Part shown: piece after piece, positions 1-15,537 of the stretch
How positions within the stretch are numbered: position 1 is the stretch's first letter
Layout: each line of letters starts with the position of its first letter
Assembly (NCBI RefSeq): GCF_001447785.1
Contig: NW_015168053.1
Coordinates: 609,308 to 666,999 of the forward strand
Source: Gekko japonicus
Lineage: Eukaryota
DNA: 57,692 nucleotides
Direction of reading: 5' to 3'
Translations under genes and position numbers: made by a program
Notes under the pieces: model-generated
Told to the model about the DNA's origin: nothing
Database searches by the model: none
What the model saw: only the letters and a program-made list of their open reading frames with translations

Positions 1-125
1 GAGGACGTGAGCTCTTACTCTCAAAGGCTCCTGCTGGAATAAATGTCGTTAGTCTTTCCGGTGCCACTGGACTCCGGTTTTATGTTTAGCTGCTACAGAC
101 TTAACACTGCTACCCATCTGGAATT
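1..125 (+). mobile_element. Penelope-like element terminal fragment
   Basis: gttagtcttt..ggtgccactggactc...gctacagac.taacac.gctaccc resembles recalled sauropsid Penelope ends. Confidence 0.55.
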
Positions 126-345
126 AAAACTGGGTCAGAAGCTATAAAGATTCAGAAGGAAATTATTTTCTAGAGTCAATATCAACCAGCACCAGTCTGG
201 CCAGTCTAAAGAGCTCTCTCAGCCCCACGTACCTCACAGGGTGTGTGTTGTGGGGCGGGGAAGGGAAAGATCGTAAGCCGCTCTGAGACTCCAAGTGAAG
301 GGCGGCATATAAATCCTAACTCTTCTTCTTCCTCTTATTTTATTT

Positions 346-683
346 GCGTTGGCTCAAGTGGTTAAGATGCTGAACTGCAGGCTGTGGAAGGTCAGTAGTT
401 CAGCAATTCGAGACCCGGGTGCCGCAAGACGGAGTGAGCTCCCGTCTCTAGTTCCAGCTCCTGCCAACCTAGCAGTTCGAAAGCAAGAAATTGCAAGTAG
501 ATAGGTACCACTTCGGTGGGAAGGTAACAGCGTTCCGTGCACCTTGGTGTTTAGTCATGCCGGCCACATGACCACGGAAACATCTTCGGACAGCGCTGGC
601 TCTTCGGCTTGGAAACGGAGACGAGCACCGCAACCCTAGAGTCAGATTCGACTGGCTTTCGAGCAAGGGAACCTTTACCTTTA
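346..683 (+). mobile_element. Sauria SINE, near full length
   Basis: tRNA-like head (ggctcaagtggttaag...ttcgagaccc), body gtcatgccggccacatgacc, (ACCTTT)n tail. Confidence 0.85.
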
Positions 684-687
684 GAAA

Positions 688-905
688 CCCTGACCTGGAT
701 GGCCCAGGCTAGCCCGATCTCATAAGATCTCAGAAATTAAGCCGGATTGGCCCTGGTTATTATTTGGAGACCACCAAGGAAAACCCAGGTTGCTACACAG
801 AGGCAGGCAAGAGCAAACCACCTCTGAACATCTCTCGCCTTTGAAACCCTACAGGGTTTGCCATGAGTTGGCCGTGACTCGATGGCACTTGCTGCCACCA
901 CCAGT
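688..905 (+). mobile_element. 5S rRNA-derived SINE
   Basis: cccgatctc..agatctcagaa.ttaagc 5S-like head plus the shared gcaaaccacctctgaa body. Confidence 0.7.
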
Positions 906-1311
906 CTGTAGAAGGTCACAGAATTATGGAGAGGATTGGAGCTCAGTTCCTTGGTAATCTAATTCAGATGTCAACAGCATTGTTCACACACTGGGATGCT
1001 CATTCCTCAACTAGATAGGGGCTAGAAACTTGGGTCTTAAGTAAAAGAGAGCTGAAGTTCTCAGGAAGCCATATTCTGCAGTCTGGTTTTATTCCCCCAC
1101 ACTCATTCAGAAATGAAACAATATAAGGACATGTGTAGAATTTGGGTTTATGTTAGTCCAGGATTCTCATTCTCACTCCGTTTATAGTACTCTGCTCCGT
1201 TAAAACCACTGAAGCCTGAAGGCCCTGCCCTGGGGCCCTCCTTTCCTGAGCGGGCTGGGTGGTGTTGGGCCCTCCCGACCTTTGCATTTCTCCTCCTCGC
1301 CCTCTCTGCAG

Positions 1312-5757
<4,446 letters not shown>

Positions 5758-6911
5758 TGCCCTGGGGCCAGCAGGGGGTGCCAAGCCTTCCTTCCTGAAA
5801 TAACTGCAGTGCGCAAGGAGCAGCGGCCAAGGGAGAGACCAACCAGTCCCTTCATCTCACCCCACTTCCCCCCACCCCCATCCCAGATCACAACCTGGGG
5901 GGGCATGGGGGGGGTGAGCCGCACGTTTAAAAAAAATGCATGCAAGTTTTAAAGTGACCGCGGGACGGAGGAGGGGCAGTGGCGGCGGCAGGATTCGCTC
6001 CTGCCTTTCCCTTATCCTCTTCAGCCTATAATGCATTCGAAGAGGTCAGAAAAGGGGGGGGAGTTGCCCTGCGTGCACCAGCTTTGGGGGCGAGAGAATG
6101 GAGATTAAAAAACATAATTCCCCCCAATCTCCAATATTTTTTTCCTGGGGTGCATGTCCCAAATTAGATCATTTGTGCCCCTCTCCATTGTAGCAAATAT
6201 GGAATATGCCCCCCCCCCACATCTCTGTGCCAATTTGACCCCATATGTACGTGATATGGAGGGTGCAGGGCCCCAGGAGGGTCATTTAAAGTTGGGAGTG
6301 TTGGGAGCCACGGAGGAAAGCTCCCTTCCAGCCGTGCCAACTTGTCACTGCTGAAAATTGGAAAAGAGGTAAAGGATAAAAACAGCACTCGACATCAGGT
6401 GCTCTTGAGGACTGGCACCTTCTGTGAACAACTTTGCCTCCTTGAGTGGTGATGGGGGAAGGCTGGGGGCTGCACTGTCCCTCTGCCCTCATCCTGCCTT
6501 GGCTTGGAAGAACTCCGTATATTTCCGGGTTTGAGGAATCCTCTAAATTCATTTCCCTTACTGCCGCTCTGTCTTAAGGGAGTCCCCCAGTGCTGCTTGT
6601 CTCCTCCCCCAAGTTTTCCCAATTTCATTACGCCGCCCCCCCCTTAAATTTGGTATCCGAGCTCATAATGTCACCCACTACTCCTCCCAAAGACACACCC
6701 TCCCTCCTTGATTACTTGCAATGTATTCCTGATTGGAGGGGGAAAGATTTGTTTGGGGGGGGGGAGAAGGGAAGGAAGAGCAGGGGGAGGGGGAAGACAG
6801 CTGTTTCACTCCCATCTCTCATCCACCCCCCCCTGAACTGGAGCACCCCGCCCATGCCGCTGTTTAAGATATTTTTTCGTAAGCCTATTTTCGTTTTGGA
6901 AAATATTTATG

Positions 6912-6917
6912 AATAAA
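6912..6917 (+). terminator. Probable CNOT3 polyadenylation signal AATAAA
   Basis: AATAAA ~1.15 kb after the stop, followed by T/GT-rich sequence. Confidence 0.7.
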
Positions 6918-8119
6918 TAGTTTTATATGAGTGTTCTTCTCTTGCAGAGAAACGGGAGACAAAAAAAAAAGGCTGTGTGTGTGTATGTGAGTCTGGGTCG
7001 GGGGAGACAAAGATGGTAAAAGGATCCTAACTCGGTTTATAACCTTTCATCTCCCCCCACCCCCTTCCATATTAAAGAGGTAAGAGCTGTGGCTGACTGA
7101 CCAAGACAGCAGAATCATCTTAACACCTAGCCTGGACTTGCAGGGAAAACTGAAAGCTACCCTTGGCCACTGCTGTAGGCCTCAGCATCATGGTAGTGAG
7201 AAAGAATATATATCTTGCGCTGATGCTAAGAATGGAAAACCAGTTTTTACACTGCAGTTGATGGCATGTATGACTCTAGACTTTTCCTGCCTAAATGGCT
7301 TTGCCTTAATAGCGCAGGGTGACCTGGCGCAGCCCACCCAGAAGGTCCTCTTTGACCTTCACTACCCCACTCAAACATTCTCCATAGCAAAGTCTGCAAA
7401 CACTCTGCTGTGCCGGGAAAAGCTGAAGGCTGTGACCGGTTTGAATAAAGCACAGGTGTATGCTCTTGGCACTATCTCATCACAGCTTCCCTCAGATTAG
7501 CAATATTAGAATAAGCCCCTGCCCATAAAGCAACGTTAGAATAAGCCCCCTCCCCCAAGCCTTATTCAGCTGCTCAGCTGCCATTCCCTACATTTGTCTA
7601 AGCATATATCAGGAGTAAGACCTTCAAATGAAACTAAATATCCTTTTCTTGTGCACAGGTTGGGCACTCTTCAGGTTAGGGTAGGCAAAGTTTAGCAGGG
7701 TAAGACGGGCACAGGCTCCTTGGCAGTGGTTACTTTCTGGCCTGTTCAATACATGGATGATCAGCACTCTGTCATGACAGGGGAGGACGCCTGGCGGAGA
7801 GAAGTGGAAGTACCCGGGGTGGGAACGCCTGCTAGTCCTTCTGTTTTGTGGCAGTACCAAGAGGAGGACAGTGTACCTAACAGCTTTAAGTTAAACGCCT
7901 GTACTGGAGATAGCTGTACTGCTTCTAGTGATGAGGGTTGTGAGATTACAGGTCTAAACAGTCCCCCCTAACATTGAAGGGGAAACTTTTATTTAAGGAG
8001 AAGCATCATCATTTTAATTTGTTGTAGGAAAATGTGGCATATAAGTACACCAGTCTTCCCAGCGAAAGACGAAAGGGGGGAAAAACCCAATGTGAAAATC
8101 AAGTCCCAAAAGATTGAGT

Positions 8120-8842
8120 GGCTAGAAAATAAAATGCAAACATTTATAACACAGTGCACATAGTTTTAGGATTAAAAATGACATACATAGGGTACCATTA
8201 GAAACTGAGATCATAATATACAGCAACAAGGTGAAATTGCATGTCCCGTAACAGTTACACATGTATATAAGTCAAAGGACCCCAAAGCATTTCAATCTAA
8301 AGAGCCTTCTTTGGTGGTCAAAATTGTACTAACACACATGTAAAACTGTAACAATATAAAATACATTTTTCAGGCCCCACAGGTTGTGTATGAGTCACTA
8401 AAAAAGTGAAGCTCCTAGCAATGATTTTTAATCAATTCTGTATATATTGAGGAGCCCTCACTCACCAAAGATAGCCACTAGGAACCAGCATTCTGTCCTG
8501 GGCCGTAATTCAATTCCCAGTGGGTGTTCATGTGTAAACCTGGTATACACACAATTGATTTAAACCCATTGCTAGGAGCTTCACTTTGTTTAGTGACTCA
8601 TGCACAACCTGCTGGGCCTGAAAAAGATATTTGATATTGTTATAGTTTTAGTATAATTAGTACAATGTTGACCACTCTTTGGTTAATATACATGTGTAAC
8701 CATTATTGTGATTCTTTGTTATTGGATGTGCAACTTCACCTTGTTGCCGTATATCATGATCTGAGCTTTTAATGGTACCCTACGTCATTTTTAATCCTAA
8801 GATTCTGTGCAAGAACTATTTGGATGTTATTTTCTAGTAGCC
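8120..8842. repeat. Long imperfect inverted repeat (arms ~8120-8443 and ~8544-8842)
   Basis: ttaggattaaaaatgac..tagggtaccatta vs taatggtacccta.gtcatttttaatcctaa; gtgaagctcctagcaatg vs cattgctaggagcttcac. Confidence 0.88.
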
Positions 8843-9798
8843 TAACCTTTTGGTTCCTGAGTAGACCTCCTTCCCTTCAGCACAGGGAATGCCTGTGTCG
8901 AAGGCTGGCAAGTGGGGAATGGGTCAGGTCTGTTCCCTCCTGTTCCCAACTGATTAGGTCAACTGGTGACAAAGACCTCCCCATCTAGACCCGCATTTAG
9001 GCCCCTACCATTCCTTTTTACTAAGCCATGCACATGGCAAACCTACCTTGGGTTCTTCCTCTCTCACCCTGGCTATGGTGGAATTACGTGAATTTGCCAG
9101 ATTTCAGCAGTCCTCCCTTGCGTGTGGGTACTTCTGCTTCTTCCCTCCTTCCTAACAGCTGAGTATCAGCTGGGAGTGGCTGTAGGCAGCCCCAGCTTTC
9201 AGAGCTTACCACTGTATCTCGAGCCAGCAACCTTCCTGTTTAAGTCCCAAGATTTTACAGAGACAAAGTACTTTGGCGGCTCTGTCTTTCCTTTGCACAA
9301 GGAAATCTGAATCTTAAAGGTAAGCTGTTCTGTTTTTATATAATTATGCTTCATATACCCCCACAATGACCAATTCTTAGGAAGCTGATATATTGTTTTT
9401 GCCATTTACAGTCAGAATCAAGGGTAGACATACAAAACCTGAAACCCACCAGGCATCACGTCATGTGTTGTAACCTGTCAGGAACTTGACTGTCTCCCTG
9501 TTCTTGTGTGGTGCTACACTGGTACCAAAGACAGGTTTGTGGCAGCTGTAGCGTAGCCCCATTTATGGGGAAGGTGTGTGACACACAACTGTGGTATGAA
9601 CCTCATCACTGAAGTCTTCCTCAGCCCTGTGAGGCTTCTAAAGCTGCTGTCCGTAGCAACAGGTGAACAGATGTTCGCTCACTGTCCCACCTCAGGCAGT
9701 CTTGGATGATGAAAAAAGCTGCCTCCTTTGGCCTCCCAGAGCAGAAGATGGCACCAACAGGTCTCTCCAGGACTGCCACTGCACAAGCAGGGCTTCTC

Positions 9799-10021
9799 TC
9801 ACTGTGGCTCCCAGACCCTCTTCCTTGCCAGCTGCGGGTGGAACTGAGAGTTGTAGCCACGTTTCCTTTCATCTACTTCCTCCTCTGCCTCCCCAGGAAG
9901 GAATGTTCCGGCTTTCTGGGCCAGAAGGGCCTCTGCCCGGGCTCGCTCTGCCTGCTCGCGACGCAGCCGCTCCTGCCGTAGCTTCTCCAGAGCAGAGGAT
10001 GATGCTGATAGAGATGACGTC
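9799..10021 (-). CDS. LENG1: LENG1 exon 4 ([19 protein letters not shown]...RVWEPQ*)
   Basis: ctacag acceptor; TGA at 9801-9799. Confidence 0.92.
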
Positions 10022-13000
10022 CTGTAGAAGGGAGAAGGGGGGGTTAGAAGTCAAAGCCCACACTGGACGTAGAGAAGTTCCCCAATCCTTGCCACCTATA
10101 ACCTTCAGGAAGAAGGCAGAAAACAGGGAAGAGTTACGTTCAAAATCAATGTTAGCTTGGATTTGTTTTGAGTATAGGTGGTCAGTGACATGTTTTTCAC
10201 AACTGGCCATAGCACGGTTTTCATCACTGATATGAACCCAAAACGCAATTAGTTCCATTTTGAGAGTGGATTTAACAGCTCTGGATATTACAGGAAGGTG
10301 TCAATATGAAAAAAATAGCATACACCCCCCGCCCTCACTTCTTCCTGGCAAGTCCTCATGGCAGTGGACTACAGGGAGGTATTCCTGGCAGTTTCCTGCT
10401 AGCCAATGTCAGGGATCCCTACCACCTCCTACTTTTAGCAGAAGAGCAAGAGCTCCTTTCATTTGTCAACAAACTGTTTACCCAGTCTTTGGGAGTGGAA
10501 TGCAGATGCAACACAAAGCATCTGGTTACTTGTTTTGTATCAATGCCCCTTTTTTTGGGGTGGGGGTGGGGAGAGGATTTTGTCCTCAAGTACTTTTTTT
10601 CTGAGAAATATCTTAAGAGCCATTTAGCCCTGATCATACACTACTGTGTTCAGGAAGGACAAGACTCTCCCAAGGCGTGCATTACCTAAATTTCCCTCCA
10701 CAGGCTGGTTTGATGCTGGTGGGATGGGAAGCATACAGCCCTTCCCATGCGCCCTCTAAACAGGCAAATGCTATTATATATACCAGCAGCACATACCCTA
10801 CTGCCAAGTTCCCTCTGCTCTCCTTCTGCTTCCCTTTCTTCCCTTCCTTCTGGGAGCTCTTCTTTTTACGCAGATGCCTTTCCATCTCGACCAGAGGGTC
10901 CAGCTTCCCTTTCAGCTTCACATCCTTGGCAACAGCCTCACTGCGTTCTGGGGGTTCCTGGTACCAAGGCCGAGTAGTCTGGGCCTCTGCTGCGCTCTGG
11001 CCCAAGTAAGTGAGGATCCCCAAAGCCTTTTCCTGTCGCTCCTGCGGAGAAGTACAAACAACCCAACTGTACCTCCCAACATGTGCCGAAGTGTTACACG
11101 TGAACCATTTGTGTAGTTTCAGAGTGTACGTTTATTTCTGCCCTTAACCAAGCTCAGAGAAGATTCCAACAGACTTTCATCCAGGCATTTATCAGATCTA
11201 CCACTTGTTATGTGACAGTATTTCCTAGACCATTCATGGCATCTTGAACTGGAACAGCCTTTCTCCTTCAGGTTCTTTACAGTCGCAGACTAACTCCAAT
11301 TAAGATCTTCCTGCTTAACCAATCGGCTTCTACTGGAAGGGGGTGGGTGGAAAATTCTAGCTTCCTCCAGCCAGTAGTATGAAAAGCTGGTTAAATAGGT
11401 GCCAAATTTGCATTGCAGTGCCTGCAGCTCGCCCTATAAAATGAAGAAATGTACACTCGTCTGGAGTTAATAAACTGGTTAAATCTAGAATAAAACACAG
11501 AGGTGTGCACATGCTTACAGGAAAACAGCATAAAGGACATTGAAGTCTGGATTATACTTATCAAAACAGTGAAAAAGGGCTCCAACTAACTTATTCAAAG
11601 GATATACAAATAGCAGAGTATTATGTAACAAGCCCTGTTTTTTCCTCCTGCCCAGACAGACCAGACCACCTCAACTCCAAGTAATTTCCATTTTTGGGAC
11701 ACTGGGTAGTGCTGCCTGGCTAGGCCCAAGCGCTCTTGGCTACTGAGCTGGTAGCTGCAGGGAACAAAGCCTGCTTGATCCTGCTTCTCTCATGTCCCCC
11801 CTTCCCTTTACCTTCTCTTGCCTCTTCTCCTCCTCATGTTCTTTGTTTCCGCCCTCTTGTGATTCGTGGAAAAGGTTGATGTGTTGTGAGGACCCTTCTG
11901 AGCCAAGAGCCAGGAGGTCTGAGCTACTGCTGTCGCTTCCTGGGGCTGACAGGCGTGCTTTCTTACGCAAGAATTCAGTCCGAGCCTACAAGGAAGAGGC
12001 GGAAGAAAAGGAGACTGGATTTATACCCCACCCTTCACTCAGAGTGGCTTACAATCTCCTTTCCCTTCCCCTACCCACAACAGACACCCTGTAACGTAGG
12101 TGGGGCTGAGAGAGCTCTTTCAAGGACTGCTCTTGAGAAAACAGCTCTGAGAACTTGTGACTGACCCAAGGTCACACCAGCAGCTGCATGTGGAGACGCA
12201 GGGAATCAAACCTGGTTCTCCCAGATTAAAGTCCGCACTCGTAACCACTACACCAAACTCTCGAACAAATAAATGTGGTCCTAAAGGAGCATCCTTTTGC
12301 CTGTAGTGCCATCTCCACAGTTACCTCTGCTAAACATGAGTCTCGTCATCAAATGTATTGGATTAAAATTGGTGTCAGCTGCTCCTTGGAGCCAATTTTG
12401 TGTTGAAGAGCAAAGTTAAAAATATAAATAGAAGGCTGTAGTTCACTGTAAGAGAGCCAACTCAAAACAAGCCTGTCAATATTCTGGGCGCACAGGATGC
12501 TAAGAGAACCAGAAAATAATATTGAATGAAGAAACAGTCCCCAAGGGATCCCTCCCATAGACTTGGCACTTTTCAGTTCAATCAGTTTTGGCTATATTCT
12601 TACACAGCTGGAGAGAGAAAACATCTCTCTAACAGCATTAGGGAAGCAGAGGCCCTGCCATCTTTCCTCCAAGCACCTAAGACTTCAAAAGAAAAGCAGT
12701 TGAATGGAAACATGGGGCTTATGGGCACAAGACAGAAAATGACGGCTTTTAGAAGAAGAGTTGGTTTTTAATACCCCGCTTTTCTCTACATTAAGGAGTC
12801 TCAAGGCGGCTTACAATCTCCTTCCGCTCCACACACCAGGCACCTTGGGAAGTAGGTGGGGCACTGAGAACTGTGAATGGCCCAGGGTCACCCGGCAGGC
12901 TTCATGTGGAGAAGTGGGGAATCCACCCTGGTTCTCCAGATTAGAGTTCTCCACTCTCAATCACTACACCACACTAGCATCTTGGTGACAGATAGATTTC

Positions 13001-13943
13001 CTGTGGCATAAGCTCTTTCTATCTCCCTCCCTATCACCAACCCACTGAAGTGCAATACAAATGTTTAAGAATGAGGAACCTCATGATTTTAAGCGCCACA
13101 GCAAGATAGCCAGTGTAGAGGTTCAAGTGGAAGGGGCAGGAAAGCTGGGTTGAAGGGAGGGACCATGGCCCCTGCTTTGTATGTAGACGCATTCAGGTTC
13201 AATCCCTGGCATCTCCAGCTAACAAGCCTCTAGTAGCAGATGCTAGGAATGGTCCATCTCTGGAGCACCTCAAAAACCAACAAATGTTTAGATTCATCAG
13301 TGGAAGTGTGCAGAAACCCACAAGAATTGATGTTGAAATGAAAACGTGCTCTTGTTTTAGGGTTCCACAGGATTCAAACTAGCCGCCCAAAGTGTCAGTC
13401 TCATTTGCCCAAATCTCTGCTCAGCCATTAAATTAACAGGGTAGCCTTGGGCTACTCACTTAAAGATAACCTCCCCCACAGGGCTGTTGTGAGGGGGAAA
13501 AGTCACCCAACCTGTATATAATTTTTATTTATTTTACTTTACTTCGTTTATGCCACTTTTCTCCTCACTGGGGATCCAAAGCGGCTTATATCGTTCTACT
13601 CTCCTCCCATATATACCACTTTGGACTCTCTGGAGGGATATTAGCATTTAAATAGGGAACTAAATAACGGCAGTCCTTCACACCCCCGTTACGACTATGG
13701 TTCAGTCCACACAGGATAACCTGTTGGGAGCAAACGCATGCGCAATAGCTATTTTCTGCAGCCGCGCACAAATACGAGGTAGGTGGCGCATGCGGGGTAA
13801 CGGCTACTCGCCTCCTGTTCCGCAAGCAGGACTCGGGCTTCCCGCCTTTGTCGCTGGGCTTCGGCCTCCGCTTCGTCCCGCCGCACTCGAGCTACGTTGT
13901 CCTTGTTTCTCACATGCCACGATTTCTTCGGAAGGATATTCAT
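9799..13943 (-). CDS. LENG1: Leukocyte receptor cluster member 1 (CIR N-terminal-type domain), 4 coding exons, 257 aa
   Basis: complement(join(9799..10021,10797..11041,11812..11985,13812..13943)). [24 protein letters not shown] start; [31 protein letters not shown] and [11 protein letters not shown] motifs. Confidence 0.95.
10797..11041 (-). CDS. LENG1: LENG1 exon 3 ([10 protein letters not shown]...GNLAVG)
   Basis: ccgcag acceptor, GG|gtatgt donor. Confidence 0.9.
11812..11985 (-). CDS. LENG1: LENG1 exon 2 (ARTEFLRKK...EKRQEK)
   Basis: ttgtag acceptor, AAG|gtaaag donor. Confidence 0.93.
11996..12260 (-). mobile_element. Squam3-like SINE abutting the LENG1 exon 2 acceptor
   Basis: Reverse complement of the 3712-4000 family. 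Confidence 0.8.
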
Positions 13944-14110
13944 AGCTGTTTTTGTTTCGGAGTCCCACTCAGCTTCCCCTTAATTTCCGCTTCCTCAATC
14001 GCCTTCGCTTCTTCGATTGGCTGCAACTTGTCTCCGCCCTTCAGGTTGGGGGGGGGGCAAAGACGCTTGTGACGTCCTCCAACTCATATTGTGATTGGTT
14101 GGTGATCATT
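13670..14110 (-). promoter_or_regulatory. CpG-rich LENG1 promoter and first exon
   Basis: High CpG; CCAAT boxes (ATTGG ~14016, ~14094), GC box (~14032), CRE-like TGACGTC (~14070) upstream of the ATG. Confidence 0.7.
13812..13943 (-). CDS. LENG1: LENG1 coding exon 1
   Basis: ATG at 13943; ends GAG|gcgagt (GC donor). Confidence 0.92.
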
Positions 14111-15483
14111 TCACCGTTTCGTATTGACTGATGCAGACTTAGTCCTCTCCATACTGATTAATAAGATGGGCCATTTGTTGGAATTATTTTAGCGTGGAGG
14201 CGGTGGACTTCAGTTTCACCGTGGTATGGTGCATGGCTCTTACATCACTTTGACTAACAGAACAGGTAATTTTAGTTTGAATGACTCCAGTATATGACGT
14301 TTAAAAAATTCTTACCATCAAATTGAAGCTTTTTCCCTAAATGGGGACGGCTCCTTCGGTAACTTGGGAATTATATAGAAGGGACATTTTGATCAGCGGT
14401 CTAATGAGGGACACCTAGTAAAATTCTGTGCAGGTCTGATAGGAAAGGATCTGCCTCAGGGTCAGGCTCTTGCAGTTCTAATGTAAAGACTGTAAAATGT
14501 TCTGCAACTTCACACAATAATTTGTATTACTGGCAATGTATAAACAATATTTTATTTTTTCTGCAATGGTTGAAAGTGCTTCAGTACATTCAGTAAACCC
14601 TATGACAACCCTTCAAGTTGGGCTGGTGGTATCCCCATGTTACATACTGGACCTCAGGCTGCTGAGAGGTAGCTTGCAGGGGCATTGAACTAAGAAGAAA
14701 GTTCAAATGCCTGCTTTCCAAACCCAAGCCTAATTGGGAACGCGCCCCCCGCCCCAATATAACAACAAGCCCAATCCTAGGCATGTTTATTTTAATTCAT
14801 GAGTTAATTTTTGTGCCAGCGTTCCTTCAGAGAGCTCAAGGCAGCATTCTCCATTTTATCCTCACAACCACCCTGTTAGGTAGGTTAGTCTGAGAGAAAA
14901 TTACTGCCCCAAGGTCACTCAACCTGTTTCATGATGGGGATTTGAAGCTGGGTCTACATCAGTCTGGCTTTCTCACTACTTTGAAATAAGCCCCAGAGAA
15001 TTATTGTAGAAATTTTACATAATACAGAGTCATATTTTAACAAATGTTCTTAATCAGCTATTGATGTAGCAATATTTGCATAATGTGTCTTTTAAAAGTA
15101 ACATTCAAATTTACCTTTAAAAGCCAAAATTTGACTTTTTACCCATAAAAATCTTATATTCCCCTGTGGAAATGCAAATTCCCCTTAAAATCCTGACATT
15201 TCATAATATTTGAAATCAGACATTGTTCTCAGAGTCAGATGCATGTCAGTTCTAACTCAAATAATTATAATGCTTTCCTCAGTAGACGGCATTAAAAATG
15301 CATTGTTGTAGAACAGTTTCAACTGGATGGAGAACTGTCGAGAGAATTTAGGAAGAACAGTAGGCTGCATCCAGAAGCAGAACTGGAGGGCGTGAGAGCA
15401 GAATCGATACAGTAAAAATCAATGGTATCCTTCTGGTTCCTTCTGGTAAGGAGGATATATATCTTGTCATCCATTCTTCTGCT

Positions 15484-15537
15484 TCATTGGCTCAACTCAG
15501 AGATCTGCTTCACTAAGAAAAGCTTGTCCTGACCCTC
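15484..15537 (-). CDS. TMC4: TMC4 last coding exon ([17 protein letters not shown])
   Basis: actcag acceptor; TGA at 15486-15484. Confidence 0.9.
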   Translation of the reverse strand, partial: EGQDKLFLVKQISELSQ

